Part shown: piece after piece, positions 8,455 to 18,327 of the stretch
Layout of the letters: each line of letters begins with the position of its first letter
Position numbering within the stretch: position 1 is the stretch's first letter
Source: Polyangiaceae bacterium
GTDB lineage: Bacteria > Myxococcota_A > Polyangia > Polyangiales > Polyangiaceae
DNA length: 64,000 bases
Direction of reading: 5' to 3'
Assembly: GCA_044376115.1 (NCBI GenBank)
Contig: JBILLK010000006.1
Location: forward strand, 369,302 to 433,301
Position numbers and translations under genes: made by a program
Notes under the pieces: model-generated
The model's input: only the letters and a program-made list of their open reading frames with translations
What the model was told of the DNA's origin: nothing
Database searches by the model: none

Positions 8455-10398
8455 ATGAGTGCGCGCGACCGAGAAGCGTTCGATCCCAACCCCACGCCGC
8501 TTTATCAACCCGCCTCGCAGCTCCAATCTCGCGCCAACGCCTTTGCTCCCACGACGCCGCTCGAAGGTGCCGAACAAACGCTGCTCAGCGCCTTCGATGC
8601 GCGCAAGAACTCCGAGGCGCGCACGATCGTCGCGCCCGAGTCGATGCCCGAGCCAACCCTGAACACGGCTCGTTATGAGTCGCGCGGACTGCTCGGCGCC
8701 GGCGGCATGGGTGAAGTGCGTCTCTCGCGCGATCAGTGGATTGGGCGTGACGTCGCGCACAAGACCCTCCACCCCGACGTGGGCATGAGCCCCGGCGGCC
8801 GCGCGCGCTTCTTGCGTGAGATTCGCGTGCAGGGTCAGCTCGAACATCCGGCGATCGTGCCGGTGTATGACGTCGGAACCAGCGCCAGTGGCGAACTTTG
8901 GTTCACCATGCGCCGCATTCGCGGGCAGACGCTCGCGGAGATCCTCGATGGCCTCGCGCGCGGCGAGGCGAGCTTCCTCGCGCGCTTCTCGCGCCGCAAG
9001 CTACTGACGGCCTTCACCAGCATCGCGCTCGTCGTGCACTACGCCCATACGCGCGGCGTGATCCATCGCGACCTCAAGCCAAGCAACGTCATGCTCGGGG
9101 ACTTCGGCGAGGTCTACGTCCTCGACTGGGGCATCGCCAAAGTGATGGGCTCGGAGGAAGTGACCGAGCCGGTCGTCCCCGATGACGAGCCGACCGCTTC
9201 GGGCCGGGTGATCGGCACGCTCGGCTATATGTCGCCGGAGCAGGCGAGGGGCGCCACGCCCGATCCGCGCATCGACGTGTACGCCTTGGGCGTGATGTTG
9301 TTCGAGATCCTGACACTCGAGAGTTTGTTGCAGGAGACTGATCAGCTCAAGGCGCTCGATCAAGTGTTGGACGGGGTTGTCGCACAACCCCGGGTGCGTC
9401 GAGCCGACGCCGACATCCCGCCCGAGCTTGACCTCATCTGCGAGCGGGCCACGTCCAAGCTCCCCGCTGATCGCTTCGAGTCGGCCAAAGCGCTTTCCGA
9501 CGCCGTGGAGCGTTACCTCGATGGGGACCGCGATCTCGAACGGCGGCGCGAGCTGGCCAAGGGCTACTTGGACGCCGCCGAAGAGCGTGGTCAGTCGGCC
9601 TTTGCTTCGGCTTCAGAGGCCCATCGCAGCAGGGTCGGAGCGCTGCGCGACGTGCTTGCTGCGGTGGCGCTGGCACCCGAAGAGCCGCGGGCGATCGAGT
9701 CGCTGGCCAAGCTCGTGCTCGAGCCACCGGAGGGTATACCGGACGAAGCGCACACCGAGCGACAAGAGATCGACGATCTCGCGCGGACGCAGGGCGCGCT
9801 GCTCGGGTACCGCGCGTTTCTTTCGTTCGCGCTCTCCTTTCCGATCATGGTGATCGCCGGGGTTCGAAGTTGGCCGCTGGTTGCGGGAGGTATGCTGATC
9901 GTGCTGCTCACCGCGTTCATCTTCCGTTGGGTGCATCACACGCGCGTCCCGCGCACTCCGCAGTTCGCACTGCTGCTGCTCCTGTGCTTGATCACCGTGT
10001 TGATTCAAAGCACCTGGCTCGGGCCGTTTGTGCTGATGCCGATCGCGGCCACCATCGTGACGGCGATCTTCGCGCTCTACGCGACGCCGCGTGAGCGCCC
10101 GTGGGCGATCGTTGCGGGGGCGGTGACGGTGCTGATTCCGTTCGCGCTCGAGTGGGTGCCGGGGTTGCCGCGCGGCTTTACGTTCGAAGGTGGTCGGGTG
10201 GTGTTGCACCCACGAGCGCTGGAGTTACCGATGGCGGCGACCACGATCGGTCTTTTGTACACCACGGTGGGTTACGCCATCCTCCCCGCCATCTTCTTGA
10301 GCCGCTTGAAGAACGCCTTGCGTCAATCCGAAGACCGCCAGTTTTTGCAGGCTTGGACGCTCAAGCAGCTGTTCCCACGCAAGACGCCTGCGGGCTGA
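8455..10398 (+). CDS. Hanks-type serine/threonine protein kinase with a C-terminal multi-pass membrane domain
   Basis: GAGGMGEV, HRDLKPSN, DWGIAK, GTLGYMSPEQ, DVYALG; about six hydrophobic segments at the C-terminus. Confidence 0.92.
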   Translation: MSARDREAFDPNPTPLYQPASQLQSRANAFAPTTPLEGAEQTLLSAFDARKNSEARTIVAPESMPEPTLNTARYESRGLLGAGGMGEVRLSRDQWIGRDVAHKTLHPDVGMSPGGRARFLREIRVQGQLEHPAIVPVYDVGTSASGELWFTMRRIRGQTLAEILDGLARGEASFLARFSRRKLLTAFTSIALVVHYAHTRGVIHRDLKPSNVMLGDFGEVYVLDWGIAKVMGSEEVTEPVVPDDEPTASGRVIGTLGYMSPEQARGATPDPRIDVYALGVMLFEILTLESLLQETDQLKALDQVLDGVVAQPRVRRADADIPPELDLICERATSKLPADRFESAKALSDAVERYLDGDRDLERRRELAKGYLDAAEERGQSAFASASEAHRSRVGALRDVLAAVALAPEEPRAIESLAKLVLEPPEGIPDEAHTERQEIDDLARTQGALLGYRAFLSFALSFPIMVIAGVRSWPLVAGGMLIVLLTAFIFRWVHHTRVPRTPQFALLLLLCLITVLIQSTWLGPFVLMPIAATIVTAIFALYATPRERPWAIVAGAVTVLIPFALEWVPGLPRGFTFEGGRVVLHPRALELPMAATTIGLLYTTVGYAILPAIFLSRLKNALRQSEDRQFLQAWTLKQLFPRKTPAG

Positions 10399-10453
10399 GG
10401 GCGCGCGGACCAGATAGTTGGTCGTCCTCGCGGCGGCCATCTAAAGTGCGCTC

Positions 10454-11833
10454 ATGTCGAGGCTCAAGGCCGCTCAATCGGCCCGACTGCTGGCGGTGCT
10501 GGGCTGCGCCTGCGCAGCCGAACCCCAGCCCGAGCTACGCGCGCCGGAGGCTTCAGCGCCTGCTGCCAGTCCCGCACAAACTGCGAGCCGGCCGGTCTGC
10601 GTGCCGCCGGTACCCGTGCCGGATCAATCCGGTCGTCTTGCACCGCTGAGCGTGCCGTTCGACCCAGCACCGATCGAGATCGAACGCGAACACAAGCTCG
10701 CGCGCTTTTACGACGCGCTGGCTGACCTCGCGCAAGGCAAGCGCGACCGTCACGTGCGTGTGGCGGTGTTCGGCGACTCCAACCTCACCATGGACTTCAC
10801 GACTGGTCGCATGCGGCGGCAGTTGTCGCGCATCTTCGGTGAAGGGGGCCACGGCTTCGTCGCGCTGGGCAAGCCGTGGAGTCACTACCGGCATATGGAC
10901 GTCGAGCATGACGTGGTCTCGGGCTGGAAGGCCTATGCGATGACCACCTCGCCCACCGGTGATGGGCTCTACGGGCTTGGCGGCATCGCTGTCGAGGCGA
11001 TGTTTCCGGGCGGGAAGACCTTCGTCAAAACCTCCAAAGCCGATGCGCCGGTGGGGCAGGCGGCCAGTCATTTCAGCGTGCTCTATTTGCAACGGCCCAA
11101 GGGCGGCCGCTTCAAGGTGGAGCTCGACAAGACGCCCAAAGCTGAGATCGAGACGCAAGCGAACGCGGTGGGTTTGGGCGTCTTCGAACTGCAGGCGGAA
11201 GAAGGTCCGCACCGCCTCGACGTGATCGCCGATCGCGGTCCGACGCGCGTGTTCGGCGCAGTGCTCGAGCGCGAAAAGCCGGGCATCATCATTGACTCGT
11301 TCGGGGTCGGGTCGCTCAACACCAAGAGCCTCGGCCGCCACGATGGCGCGCTGTTTCGCTCGATGTTGAAGCTGCGCGACTACGAGCTGGTGATCTTCCT
11401 GCTCGGCGCCAACGACCTGTTCACGATGGACGCCGTGCCCGACACGATGCGCAAAGTCCAAGGGTGGATGAGCGAGGCGGTGCCCGACGCGGCGATGTTG
11501 ATGGTGGCGCCGCCCGACCGAGGTTTTCGACGTTCGATGCCGGAGACGTTGCGGGTGGTCGTGCAGCGAGAGGCGCTGGCCAAGGAGCTGGACGTCGCCT
11601 ATTGGGACCAGTTCCGCGCGATGGGCGGGCAAGGATCGATGCGAAAGTTCGTCGATACCAAGCTCGCCTTCAGTGATGCCATTCACTACACCGAGCTCGG
11701 CGGCGCCTTTGTCGGGGACCGTTTGCTGGACGCCTTCCTGCGAGGTTTTCAGCGTCGGGCCAGCACGCGGCCCGGTGTTTGCGCGGAAAGCCCCGCGTTG
11801 CTGCAGTCCGCCTCGCTCGACCGACAGCCGTAA
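10454..11833 (+). CDS. SGNH/GDSL hydrolase family lipoprotein
   Basis: Block I FGDS, block III LGAND, block V DAIH; N-terminal signal peptide with a Cys. Confidence 0.8.
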   Translation: MSRLKAAQSARLLAVLGCACAAEPQPELRAPEASAPAASPAQTASRPVCVPPVPVPDQSGRLAPLSVPFDPAPIEIEREHKLARFYDALADLAQGKRDRHVRVAVFGDSNLTMDFTTGRMRRQLSRIFGEGGHGFVALGKPWSHYRHMDVEHDVVSGWKAYAMTTSPTGDGLYGLGGIAVEAMFPGGKTFVKTSKADAPVGQAASHFSVLYLQRPKGGRFKVELDKTPKAEIETQANAVGLGVFELQAEEGPHRLDVIADRGPTRVFGAVLEREKPGIIIDSFGVGSLNTKSLGRHDGALFRSMLKLRDYELVIFLLGANDLFTMDAVPDTMRKVQGWMSEAVPDAAMLMVAPPDRGFRRSMPETLRVVVQREALAKELDVAYWDQFRAMGGQGSMRKFVDTKLAFSDAIHYTELGGAFVGDRLLDAFLRGFQRRASTRPGVCAESPALLQSASLDRQP

Positions 11834-11845
11834 GCCGGCCTTCGG

Positions 11846-11877
11846 CGGTTCTTCCCTCATCCGCCTTCGGCGGAATG
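11846..11877. repeat. Solo copy of the REP-like hairpin CATCCGCCTTCGGCGGAATG
   Basis: The 20-mer at 11858-11877 is identical to 62080-62099 and is preceded by CGGTTCTT in both places. Confidence 0.7.
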
Positions 11878-11954
11878 TTCCAATGTCTTTTAACTCGCAA
11901 TTGGTTCCCCCGCGCATTGAACAACGCACAGGTTCAGTGCAACGATAGGGGGCT

Positions 11955-12281
11955 GTGAAGATTCGAGTTGCTGCCGGTGCGCTGCTCGTGATGCTGATGG
12001 CCCCTGTGGTGGCGTCGTCGGATGAGCCTTCATTGCCGTTGCTGCTCCAACCTCAGCCGATCATCTTCGTGAACAAGCCACTGCTTCGCGCAGCCAGCCC
12101 TGCGGCAGCCAGCCCTGCTGCTGTGAGCCCTGTCGCAGCCAGGGAGCGCAACGCGGTCGTCCCGCAAGAAGCCGCGACGCCAGTGGAGCCTGTAGTGGTT
12201 TCGATCGACTGTGACGGCGGTGGTTGCGCTGTTTCCAGCGGCCTGCAAGTCCAGGTGATCGCCGCCAGTCGTCCGCGCTAA
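11955..12281 (+). CDS. Hypothetical secreted protein
   Basis: Signal-peptide-like N-terminus and Ala/Pro-rich low-complexity sequence; fills the intergenic gap. Confidence 0.4.
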   Translation: MKIRVAAGALLVMLMAPVVASSDEPSLPLLLQPQPIIFVNKPLLRAASPAAASPAAVSPVAARERNAVVPQEAATPVEPVVVSIDCDGGGCAVSSGLQVQVIAASRPR

Positions 12282-12292
12282 ACTGCCGGGAG

Positions 12293-13252
12293 ATGCGCTC
12301 TTCGTTCACTTCCTTTCGCTGGTTTGCTTCGTTCAACCGGAGCTTGGCGCTCGTACTGACGCTTGCTTCGACGGTCTCATGTGGTGGAGACAGCTCCGGT
12401 TCGGGCGGCGCTGACGCTCCCACAGGGGGCGCTGGAGCGGCTGGAGCAGGCGTCGTGAGCGGTGGTAGCTCCGCAGGCGGTAACGCGGCGGGCGGTAACT
12501 CCGCGGGCGGTGCGGCAGCCGGCGGCAGTTCGGCCGGTGGTAGTTCGGCGGGGGGCTCGTCGAGCGGCGGTAGTTCAGCCGGCGGCGGCGGTTCTGGCGG
12601 CGGCGCGAGCGTGGCCGGCATCGGGGCGCACAGCCTTTCGTACTTTGCCCAAAGTCAAAACGGTCGGCCGGTCATCAGCTCCCCGGCGCTGCAAACCGCG
12701 GCCTCAGGCAGCACCATCATCGTCAGCACCGGGCGCGGTGTTTTCAACGCCTTCGCGGCTCCCACCGACAACAAGGGCAACAGCCCGTATGCGCAGTTGG
12801 GCGTGCCGCACACCTACACCAACTACCCCCAATCGGGCACCGCGGTTTACAGCTTCGAGGGCGCGATCGGCGGGGCGAATCACGTCGTCAGCAATAGCAA
12901 CCAGCCCTACGACGAGATCACGATGGCCGTGGTCGAGGTCAAAAACGGTAGCAACGTGCAAGACTTCACCTGGGTCGAGCGGCTCAACGGCCAAGCGCTG
13001 ACGGCCGCGCCGGTGACCACCACCGGCCCGGCCACGTTGGTCGCCTTTTGGTGGGGAGACGGTGGCGTCGGTGAAGAGAAGATCGCCGTGCCCAACAACG
13101 GTTTCGTGGTGCTGGATTCGCTCGGCACGCCGGGGGAAGTCGTGCAGTGCTTCGTTGCAGCGAAAGATGTTGCAGCGGCCGGCACGTATGACGTGACCTG
13201 GGATGCCACCCCGCCGCAGGGCGCTCAGCTCTGGCTCGTCGCCGTGCAATAG
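12293..13252 (+). CDS. Lipoprotein with a Gly/Ser-rich linker and a beta-rich C-terminal domain of unknown function
   Basis: Lipobox TVSC, GGSSAGG repeats, codon usage typical of this genome. Confidence 0.75.
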   Translation: MRSSFTSFRWFASFNRSLALVLTLASTVSCGGDSSGSGGADAPTGGAGAAGAGVVSGGSSAGGNAAGGNSAGGAAAGGSSAGGSSAGGSSSGGSSAGGGGSGGGASVAGIGAHSLSYFAQSQNGRPVISSPALQTAASGSTIIVSTGRGVFNAFAAPTDNKGNSPYAQLGVPHTYTNYPQSGTAVYSFEGAIGGANHVVSNSNQPYDEITMAVVEVKNGSNVQDFTWVERLNGQALTAAPVTTTGPATLVAFWWGDGGVGEEKIAVPNNGFVVLDSLGTPGEVVQCFVAAKDVAAAGTYDVTWDATPPQGAQLWLVAVQ

Positions 13253-13344
13253 TTGGAGCTGGCAGGCGGGCTAGTGACTCGTGCGGCCAGCTCAGCTGCC
13301 AGACCCGATGGATCCAAGCCCGCCCCGATGCTAACTCGCGTGGC

Positions 13345-14652
13345 ATGTCAAACGCTGGGCCGCTCGACCTCTTGCTGATCTCTGGCGTGCGAGCCGTGGA
13401 TCCGGCGCGCAACCTGGATGGGGACGTGGACTGCGTGGTGGAGCGCGGGGTGATCACGCGGCTGGGCAAAGACGCGATCGGCGCTGAGCTACGCGCCTCT
13501 GAGCGGGCCGTTCACTTCGATGGGCGAGGCAAGCTGCTGCTTCCGGCCTTCGTCGATCTTCACGCGCACGTGCGTGAGCCGGGCGAGGAGTACAAGGAGG
13601 ACATTCGCTCGGGTTTGCGCGCCGCAGCGCACGGTGGCTTCGCGCACATTTGCGCGATGCCCAACACCAAGCCGGTGAACGACAAGCGCTCGATCACCGA
13701 GGCCATCGTCGCGCGCGCGCGTGAGGTCGGCGGCCCGACGCTGCATCCGATCGGCGCTATCACCGTGGGGCAGCTGGGCAAAGAGCTGACCGAGGTCGCC
13801 GATCTGCGCGAGGCCGGTGCGGTTGGGATCAGCGATGACGGGCGTTGCGTGATGAACGCTGCAGTGATGCGGCGCGCGCTGCAATACGCCGAGACCTTCG
13901 ACATCCCGGTGATCCAACATTGTGAAGATCACGATCTGACCGAAGGCGCCGAGATGCACGAGGGGCGAGTCTCGACCGAGCTTGGGCTGCGCGGTTGGCC
14001 CGCCGTGGCCGAGGACATCATCGTCGCGCGCGACGTGCTGCTGGCCGAGTCGACGCGCGCGAAGTACCACGTCGCGCACGTCTCCACCCGCGGCGCCGTA
14101 CGCATCATTCGCGAGGCGAAGGCGCGCGGCATCCGCGTCACCGCCGAGGTCACGCCGCATCACCTGCTGCTCACCCACGACGCGGTGGTGGGCTATCGCA
14201 CGGCGTGCAAAGTGAACCCGCCGCTGCGCGAAGAGGCCGACGTGTTGGCGCTGCAAGCCGCGCTCGCCGACGGAACGATCGACGCGATCGCTACCGATCA
14301 TGCGCCACATTCGGTGCTGGAGAAGGACTGCGAGTTCTCCGAGGCTCGCCCCGGAATGGTCGGGCTCGAGTTCGCCATCAGCCTGATGTTCCAGCTGGTT
14401 TCACAAGGCAAGCTGCCGCTCGCGCGGCTCGTAGATGCGCTCTCCACCTCCCCGTCGAAGATCATCGCGATCGATCCGCCCACGTTGAAGGAAGGCAAAC
14501 TCGCCGAGCTCGTGCTTTTCGATCCGGCGCGGCCGTACTTGGTCGGAAACCTCGTATCCAAGAGCGAAAATACGCCGTTCTTAGGGCAAACCCTGCAAGG
14601 CCGGGTGCTTTTGACCTTGGCCCGCGGCGAGCTCGTGCATCGGCTGGATTGA
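13345..14652 (+). CDS. pyrC: Dihydroorotase (type I, amidohydrolase family)
   Basis: DLHAHVREPG, MPNTKP, QHCED, HVAHVST, EVTPHH, KVNPPLR, IATDHAPH, SKSENTPF. Confidence 0.92.
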   Translation: MSNAGPLDLLLISGVRAVDPARNLDGDVDCVVERGVITRLGKDAIGAELRASERAVHFDGRGKLLLPAFVDLHAHVREPGEEYKEDIRSGLRAAAHGGFAHICAMPNTKPVNDKRSITEAIVARAREVGGPTLHPIGAITVGQLGKELTEVADLREAGAVGISDDGRCVMNAAVMRRALQYAETFDIPVIQHCEDHDLTEGAEMHEGRVSTELGLRGWPAVAEDIIVARDVLLAESTRAKYHVAHVSTRGAVRIIREAKARGIRVTAEVTPHHLLLTHDAVVGYRTACKVNPPLREEADVLALQAALADGTIDAIATDHAPHSVLEKDCEFSEARPGMVGLEFAISLMFQLVSQGKLPLARLVDALSTSPSKIIAIDPPTLKEGKLAELVLFDPARPYLVGNLVSKSENTPFLGQTLQGRVLLTLARGELVHRLD

Positions 14653-14684
14653 CGATCGAGCAGCGCTGTCCGAGCATGCGCCCC

Positions 14685-15140
14685 ATGAGTGAACGACTGG
14701 GACGGGACGTGTTCGTCGCTTTGGCGGCGGTGGGTTGGGCCGACGGCAAACTCGATGAGGAGGAGGCCGACGCGATCGTGCGTTGCGCCGTGGACGAGGG
14801 GCTCGAACTCGACGAGATCAGCGAGATCGAGGCAGCGACCAAGTCGCCCGTGACGATCGAGTCGATCGACCGTTCGGCGATGTCCAAGGCGGACCGCTTG
14901 TTCGTCTATGCGGTGGCCGCTTGGATGACGCGGCTCGACGGCAAGCGTGACGAGGCCGAGGTGGCTGCGCTTGCTGCGCTGGGTGCGGCGCTCTCGATCC
15001 CGGAGTCCCCGCGCGAACAGGCCGATATCGTCGCACGCGAGATCGCCGAGCTGCCCGAGGGCGACCGTCCGAGCCGCTTCGATCTGTCGAAGTTGCGCGC
15101 CACGCTCAAGCAGCGTCTCGAGGCTGGCAAGAAGGCCTGA
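14685..15140 (+). CDS. TerB-like (tellurite resistance/DUF533-like) protein
   Basis: AVGWADGKLDEEEADAI and a second repeat LDGKRDEAE. Confidence 0.65.
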   Translation: MSERLGRDVFVALAAVGWADGKLDEEEADAIVRCAVDEGLELDEISEIEAATKSPVTIESIDRSAMSKADRLFVYAVAAWMTRLDGKRDEAEVAALAALGAALSIPESPREQADIVAREIAELPEGDRPSRFDLSKLRATLKQRLEAGKKA

Positions 15141-15149
15141 GCCAGCGAC

Positions 15150-15341
15150 CTAGTGACAGGACGGGCCTTGCTCGGCGTCTTTTGCAGGCGCCGCAGCAGG
15201 GCCTGGTCGTTTGCGGGTCAGGGCAGCGACAGGCACATCGGGTTTGTTCGAGGGCTTCGCTTTGGGCTGACCAAAAAGCTTGCGCCCAAGATAGAAGCTG
15301 GCCGCTCCGACGACGAACCAAACCAGAAGTTGTTGCAGCAC
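15150..15341 (-). CDS. Small single-pass membrane protein downstream of feoB (FeoB-associated-like)
   Basis: GTG start with an AAAGGA RBS; N-terminal TM segment (LLVWFVVGAASFYLG); ends in SCH; co-oriented directly after feoB. Confidence 0.6.
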   Translation of the reverse strand: MLQQLLVWFVVGAASFYLGRKLFGQPKAKPSNKPDVPVAALTRKRPGPAAAPAKDAEQGPSCH

Positions 15342-15370
15342 GGGCAGGTCCTTTCGTCGGGGGAATTGAG

Positions 15371-17581
15371 TTAGGCGAAGCCCAACAACTTGCCGCCTTG
15401 GTACACCAGCAGCGAGGCGAGATACGCGGCGGCCGTCATGTACACGACCATGAACACGGCCCACTTCCACGAGCCGCTCTCGCGTTTGACGATGGCCACG
15501 GTGCTCATGCACTGCGCCGCCAACACGAAGAACACCATCAGCGAGATGCTGGAAAGCGGCGTGAACACAGCGCTGCCGCCGGCGTGCTTCGCCTCGCGTA
15601 GCGTTTGATGCAGCGACTCGGACTCTTCGCTGGCGTCGGTGCGGTTGTAGACGAGGGCCAGCGTGGAGACGAACACCTCGCGCGCGGCGAAGGAGCCAAT
15701 CAAGCCGACGCCGATCTTCCAGTCGAAGCCGAGCGGACGAATGGCCGGCTCGATCGCGCGTCCGAGCCGGCCGCCGGCTGAGCTGCGCAGCCGTTCGCCC
15801 GCCTCTTCTGCGTCCACCGCTTGCGTGAGCTCGAGCCGTTCGGCCTCGTCAGCGATCTCGGCGGCAGCCGTGCGGCGCGCCTCGAACTGCTCGTGCACGC
15901 CCTCGCTGCGCGGGTAGTTGAGCAGCGCCCACAGCACGATCGTCAGCGCCAAAATCACGGTGCCTGCGTCGGTGACGAACTGCGAAACTTTGCGCCCCAC
16001 CACCGAGAAGAGGTTGCGCAGTCGCGGCATGCGATAACGCGGCAGCTCGAGCACCAACGTCGGCGCGCTGCCTTTGAGCACCGTCCTGCCCAGCACGGCG
16101 GCCGCAGTCAGGGCCAACACCGCCGAAAGTAGGTACATCGCGAACAGCACCAGCGCGCCTTGCGAGAGCACGCCCAGCACTTTGGCCTCGCGATCGAAGG
16201 CCACGCTCGTAAGCAAGACGTACACCGGTAGCCGCGCCGAACAGGACATGATCGGCACCACCAACATCACCAGCAGTCGGTCGCGTTTGCGCTCCAACGT
16301 GCGAGTCGCGAGCACCGCCGGAATGGCGCAGGCAAAGCCGCTGAGCAGCGGGACGAAGGCGCGCCCGTTGAGGCCCACTCTGCCCATCACCCGGTCGATC
16401 ACGAAGGCGACGCGCGCCAGATAGCCGGAGTCTTCGAGCAGCGTGAGGAAGGCGAACAGGATGGCGATCTGCGGGATGAAGACCAACACATTGCCGACGC
16501 CGGCGATCACGCCGTCGGTCACCAGCTCGTTGAAAGGGCCGGGGGGAATGGCGCCACGGGCGAAGTCCTTCACCGCGTTGGTGCCATCTTCGATCAAGCC
16601 GGTGAGCGGCTCGGCCCAGGCAAACAGCGCCTGGAACACCACGAACATGGTGATCAGAAAGGCGATCAGCCCCCAAAACGGGTGCACCAGGATGTCGTCG
16701 ATACGCGTGGTGCGGGTCTTCTGCGGCGCGCCTTGGGGTCGCGCGGGTTCTTCCGCGAGCACGCCCTCGAGCAGCCGATCCACGTGGGCGTAGCGCTCGA
16801 TCACCGTTTGTTCGGCCAGCGCCGAAGAGGCGCTCGCGGCGCGCTCGACGAAGCGCTCGAAGTCGGCGCGGCCCGGCTCGTCGTCGCTCTTGTCGCGCGA
16901 GAGCAGCGCCCATTGCGCGAGCAAGCGGTCATTGCGCGGGCTGCCCGTCGCGGCTCCGGGCGCGGCCTCCGCGAGCCTCGCGAACTCGGCCTCTAGTTCG
17001 GCGGAGAAGGGCGTTGGCTTCGCCAAGGTCGGCGTCGCGAGCTGCTGCTCGATGGCCTTCAGCAGCTCGCTGAGCCCTTCCTTCTTGGGCGCCACCACGC
17101 CCACCACTGGGCAGCCCAGCGCGCTCGCGAGTTGCTCCACCTTCACGCCCAGCCCGAGCGCGCGCGCTTCATCCATCATGCTGAGCGCGATTACGCAGGG
17201 TAGGTCACCGTCGAGCACCTGGGTGGCGAGGTAGAGGCCACGTCGCAACGAGGTCGCATCGAGCACCAGCACCGCTGCTTGGCGAGCCGGCGTCGCTGAG
17301 CCGCCCGCAAACGGCGCTGTCAGGGCCTCCACCGCGATGCGCTCCTCGGTGGAACGCGCCGCGAGGCTGTAGCTCCCGGGCAGGTCCAACAGCCGCGCTG
17401 ACTCACCGCCGGGTAGCTTGAAGCCGGCGCTCCCGACTTGGACGGTGATGCCGGGGAAGTTCCCCACGCGCGCCTGCGCCCCGGTGAGCGCGTTGAAAAG
17501 CGTTGATTTGCCGGCGTTCGGGTTGCCGACCAACAGGACTCGCGCTTCGCCCGTCGTGCGCGCGCTGGGCTCAGTCCCCAT
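15371..17581 (-). CDS. feoB: Ferrous iron transporter B
   Basis: GNPNAGKSTLFNALTG, VGNFPGIT, DLPGSYSL, GFACAIPA, MSCSARLPVY, FAAREV. Confidence 0.96.
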   Translation of the reverse strand: MGTEPSARTTGEARVLLVGNPNAGKSTLFNALTGAQARVGNFPGITVQVGSAGFKLPGGESARLLDLPGSYSLAARSTEERIAVEALTAPFAGGSATPARQAAVLVLDATSLRRGLYLATQVLDGDLPCVIALSMMDEARALGLGVKVEQLASALGCPVVGVVAPKKEGLSELLKAIEQQLATPTLAKPTPFSAELEAEFARLAEAAPGAATGSPRNDRLLAQWALLSRDKSDDEPGRADFERFVERAASASSALAEQTVIERYAHVDRLLEGVLAEEPARPQGAPQKTRTTRIDDILVHPFWGLIAFLITMFVVFQALFAWAEPLTGLIEDGTNAVKDFARGAIPPGPFNELVTDGVIAGVGNVLVFIPQIAILFAFLTLLEDSGYLARVAFVIDRVMGRVGLNGRAFVPLLSGFACAIPAVLATRTLERKRDRLLVMLVVPIMSCSARLPVYVLLTSVAFDREAKVLGVLSQGALVLFAMYLLSAVLALTAAAVLGRTVLKGSAPTLVLELPRYRMPRLRNLFSVVGRKVSQFVTDAGTVILALTIVLWALLNYPRSEGVHEQFEARRTAAAEIADEAERLELTQAVDAEEAGERLRSSAGGRLGRAIEPAIRPLGFDWKIGVGLIGSFAAREVFVSTLALVYNRTDASEESESLHQTLREAKHAGGSAVFTPLSSISLMVFFVLAAQCMSTVAIVKRESGSWKWAVFMVVYMTAAAYLASLLVYQGGKLLGFA

Positions 17582-17831
17582 GGCTGCCTAGCAGGATCTG
17601 GAGGGCCTCGCTCTTGCGGATCGACAGCGCGTAGCCGCGCACCTCGAGTTCCATCGGATCCCCGAGCGGCGCGCGCCTTCGCACGCTGACGTTGGTGCCG
17701 GGGACAAGCCCCATCTCAAGCAGTCTGAGCCGCAGTGGTCCTTCCCCCGTGAGTCCTTTCACAGTCCCGCTTTGGCCCGCTTTGAGATCGGCAAGCGTGA
17801 TGGCGGCATCAGCGGTGGGCATGGGCTTCAT
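17571..17831 (-). CDS. feoA: Ferrous iron transport protein A
   Basis: RLLEMGLVPGT, APLGDPMELEVRGYALSIRKSEA; overlaps the feoB start. Start is at 17831 or 17822. Confidence 0.92.
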   Translation of the reverse strand: MKPMPTADAAITLADLKAGQSGTVKGLTGEGPLRLRLLEMGLVPGTNVSVRRRAPLGDPMELEVRGYALSIRKSEALQILLGSHGD

Positions 17832-17837
17832 CTTAAT

Positions 17838-17856
17838 GAAAAAGACTATCGTTATC
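17838..17856 (-). promoter_or_regulatory. Fur box upstream of feoA
   Basis: GATAACGATAGTCTTTTTC matches 15/19 positions of the classical GATAATGATAATCATTATC and is an AT-rich island in GC-rich DNA. Confidence 0.7.
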
Positions 17857-18000
17857 AACCGAGGAGCGCGCCTCGCGCGGTGCGCCGACCGGGCGCGTTG
17901 TTAAATGACTCGCGCGATGTCGTCCAGCTTTCGCGCCGCCTGCGGGCGGGAGAGTTGTGCTTCCTGTTCACCCTACGATTGACGGGGTATGCGAGCGCGC

Positions 18001-18327
18001 ATGCCCAACGAGCGTGTGCCTCGCCGAGTCTTTCTGCTTTCAACCGTTGGCGCAGCCACCGTCGTGCCGATGGCCGCAGTCTTCGCCGGTTGCGGCAAGC
18101 GCCTCGACTGCACCGATACCTCGGCGCTAAGCGGCGAAGAGATCACCGCCCGCAATGCCATCGTGTACGTGAACGTCGCGGCCGATCCAGCCAGGCGCTG
18201 TGAGAACTGCGCGCTCTACGTGCGCGCCCCGGCGGCCAACGAGTGCGGCGGTTGCACGCTCGCCAAAGGCCCGATCAGCCCGGCCGGTTCTTGCGCCAAA
18301 TGGGCGCAGACAGCGCCCAAAAGTTAG
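18001..18327 (+). CDS. High-potential iron-sulfur protein (HiPIP)-like Tat lipoprotein
   Basis: Tat motif PRRVFL and lipobox FAGC; HiPIP pattern Y...CENCALY...GGC...GPISPAGSCAKW. Confidence 0.8.
   Translation: MPNERVPRRVFLLSTVGAATVVPMAAVFAGCGKRLDCTDTSALSGEEITARNAIVYVNVAADPARRCENCALYVRAPAANECGGCTLAKGPISPAGSCAKWAQTAPKS

Noticed and set aside
12400..12610. Gly/Ser-coding GGCGGT-type repeats as a DNA repeat element
   Set aside because: They lie in frame within a lipoprotein linker and are explained by protein low complexity.
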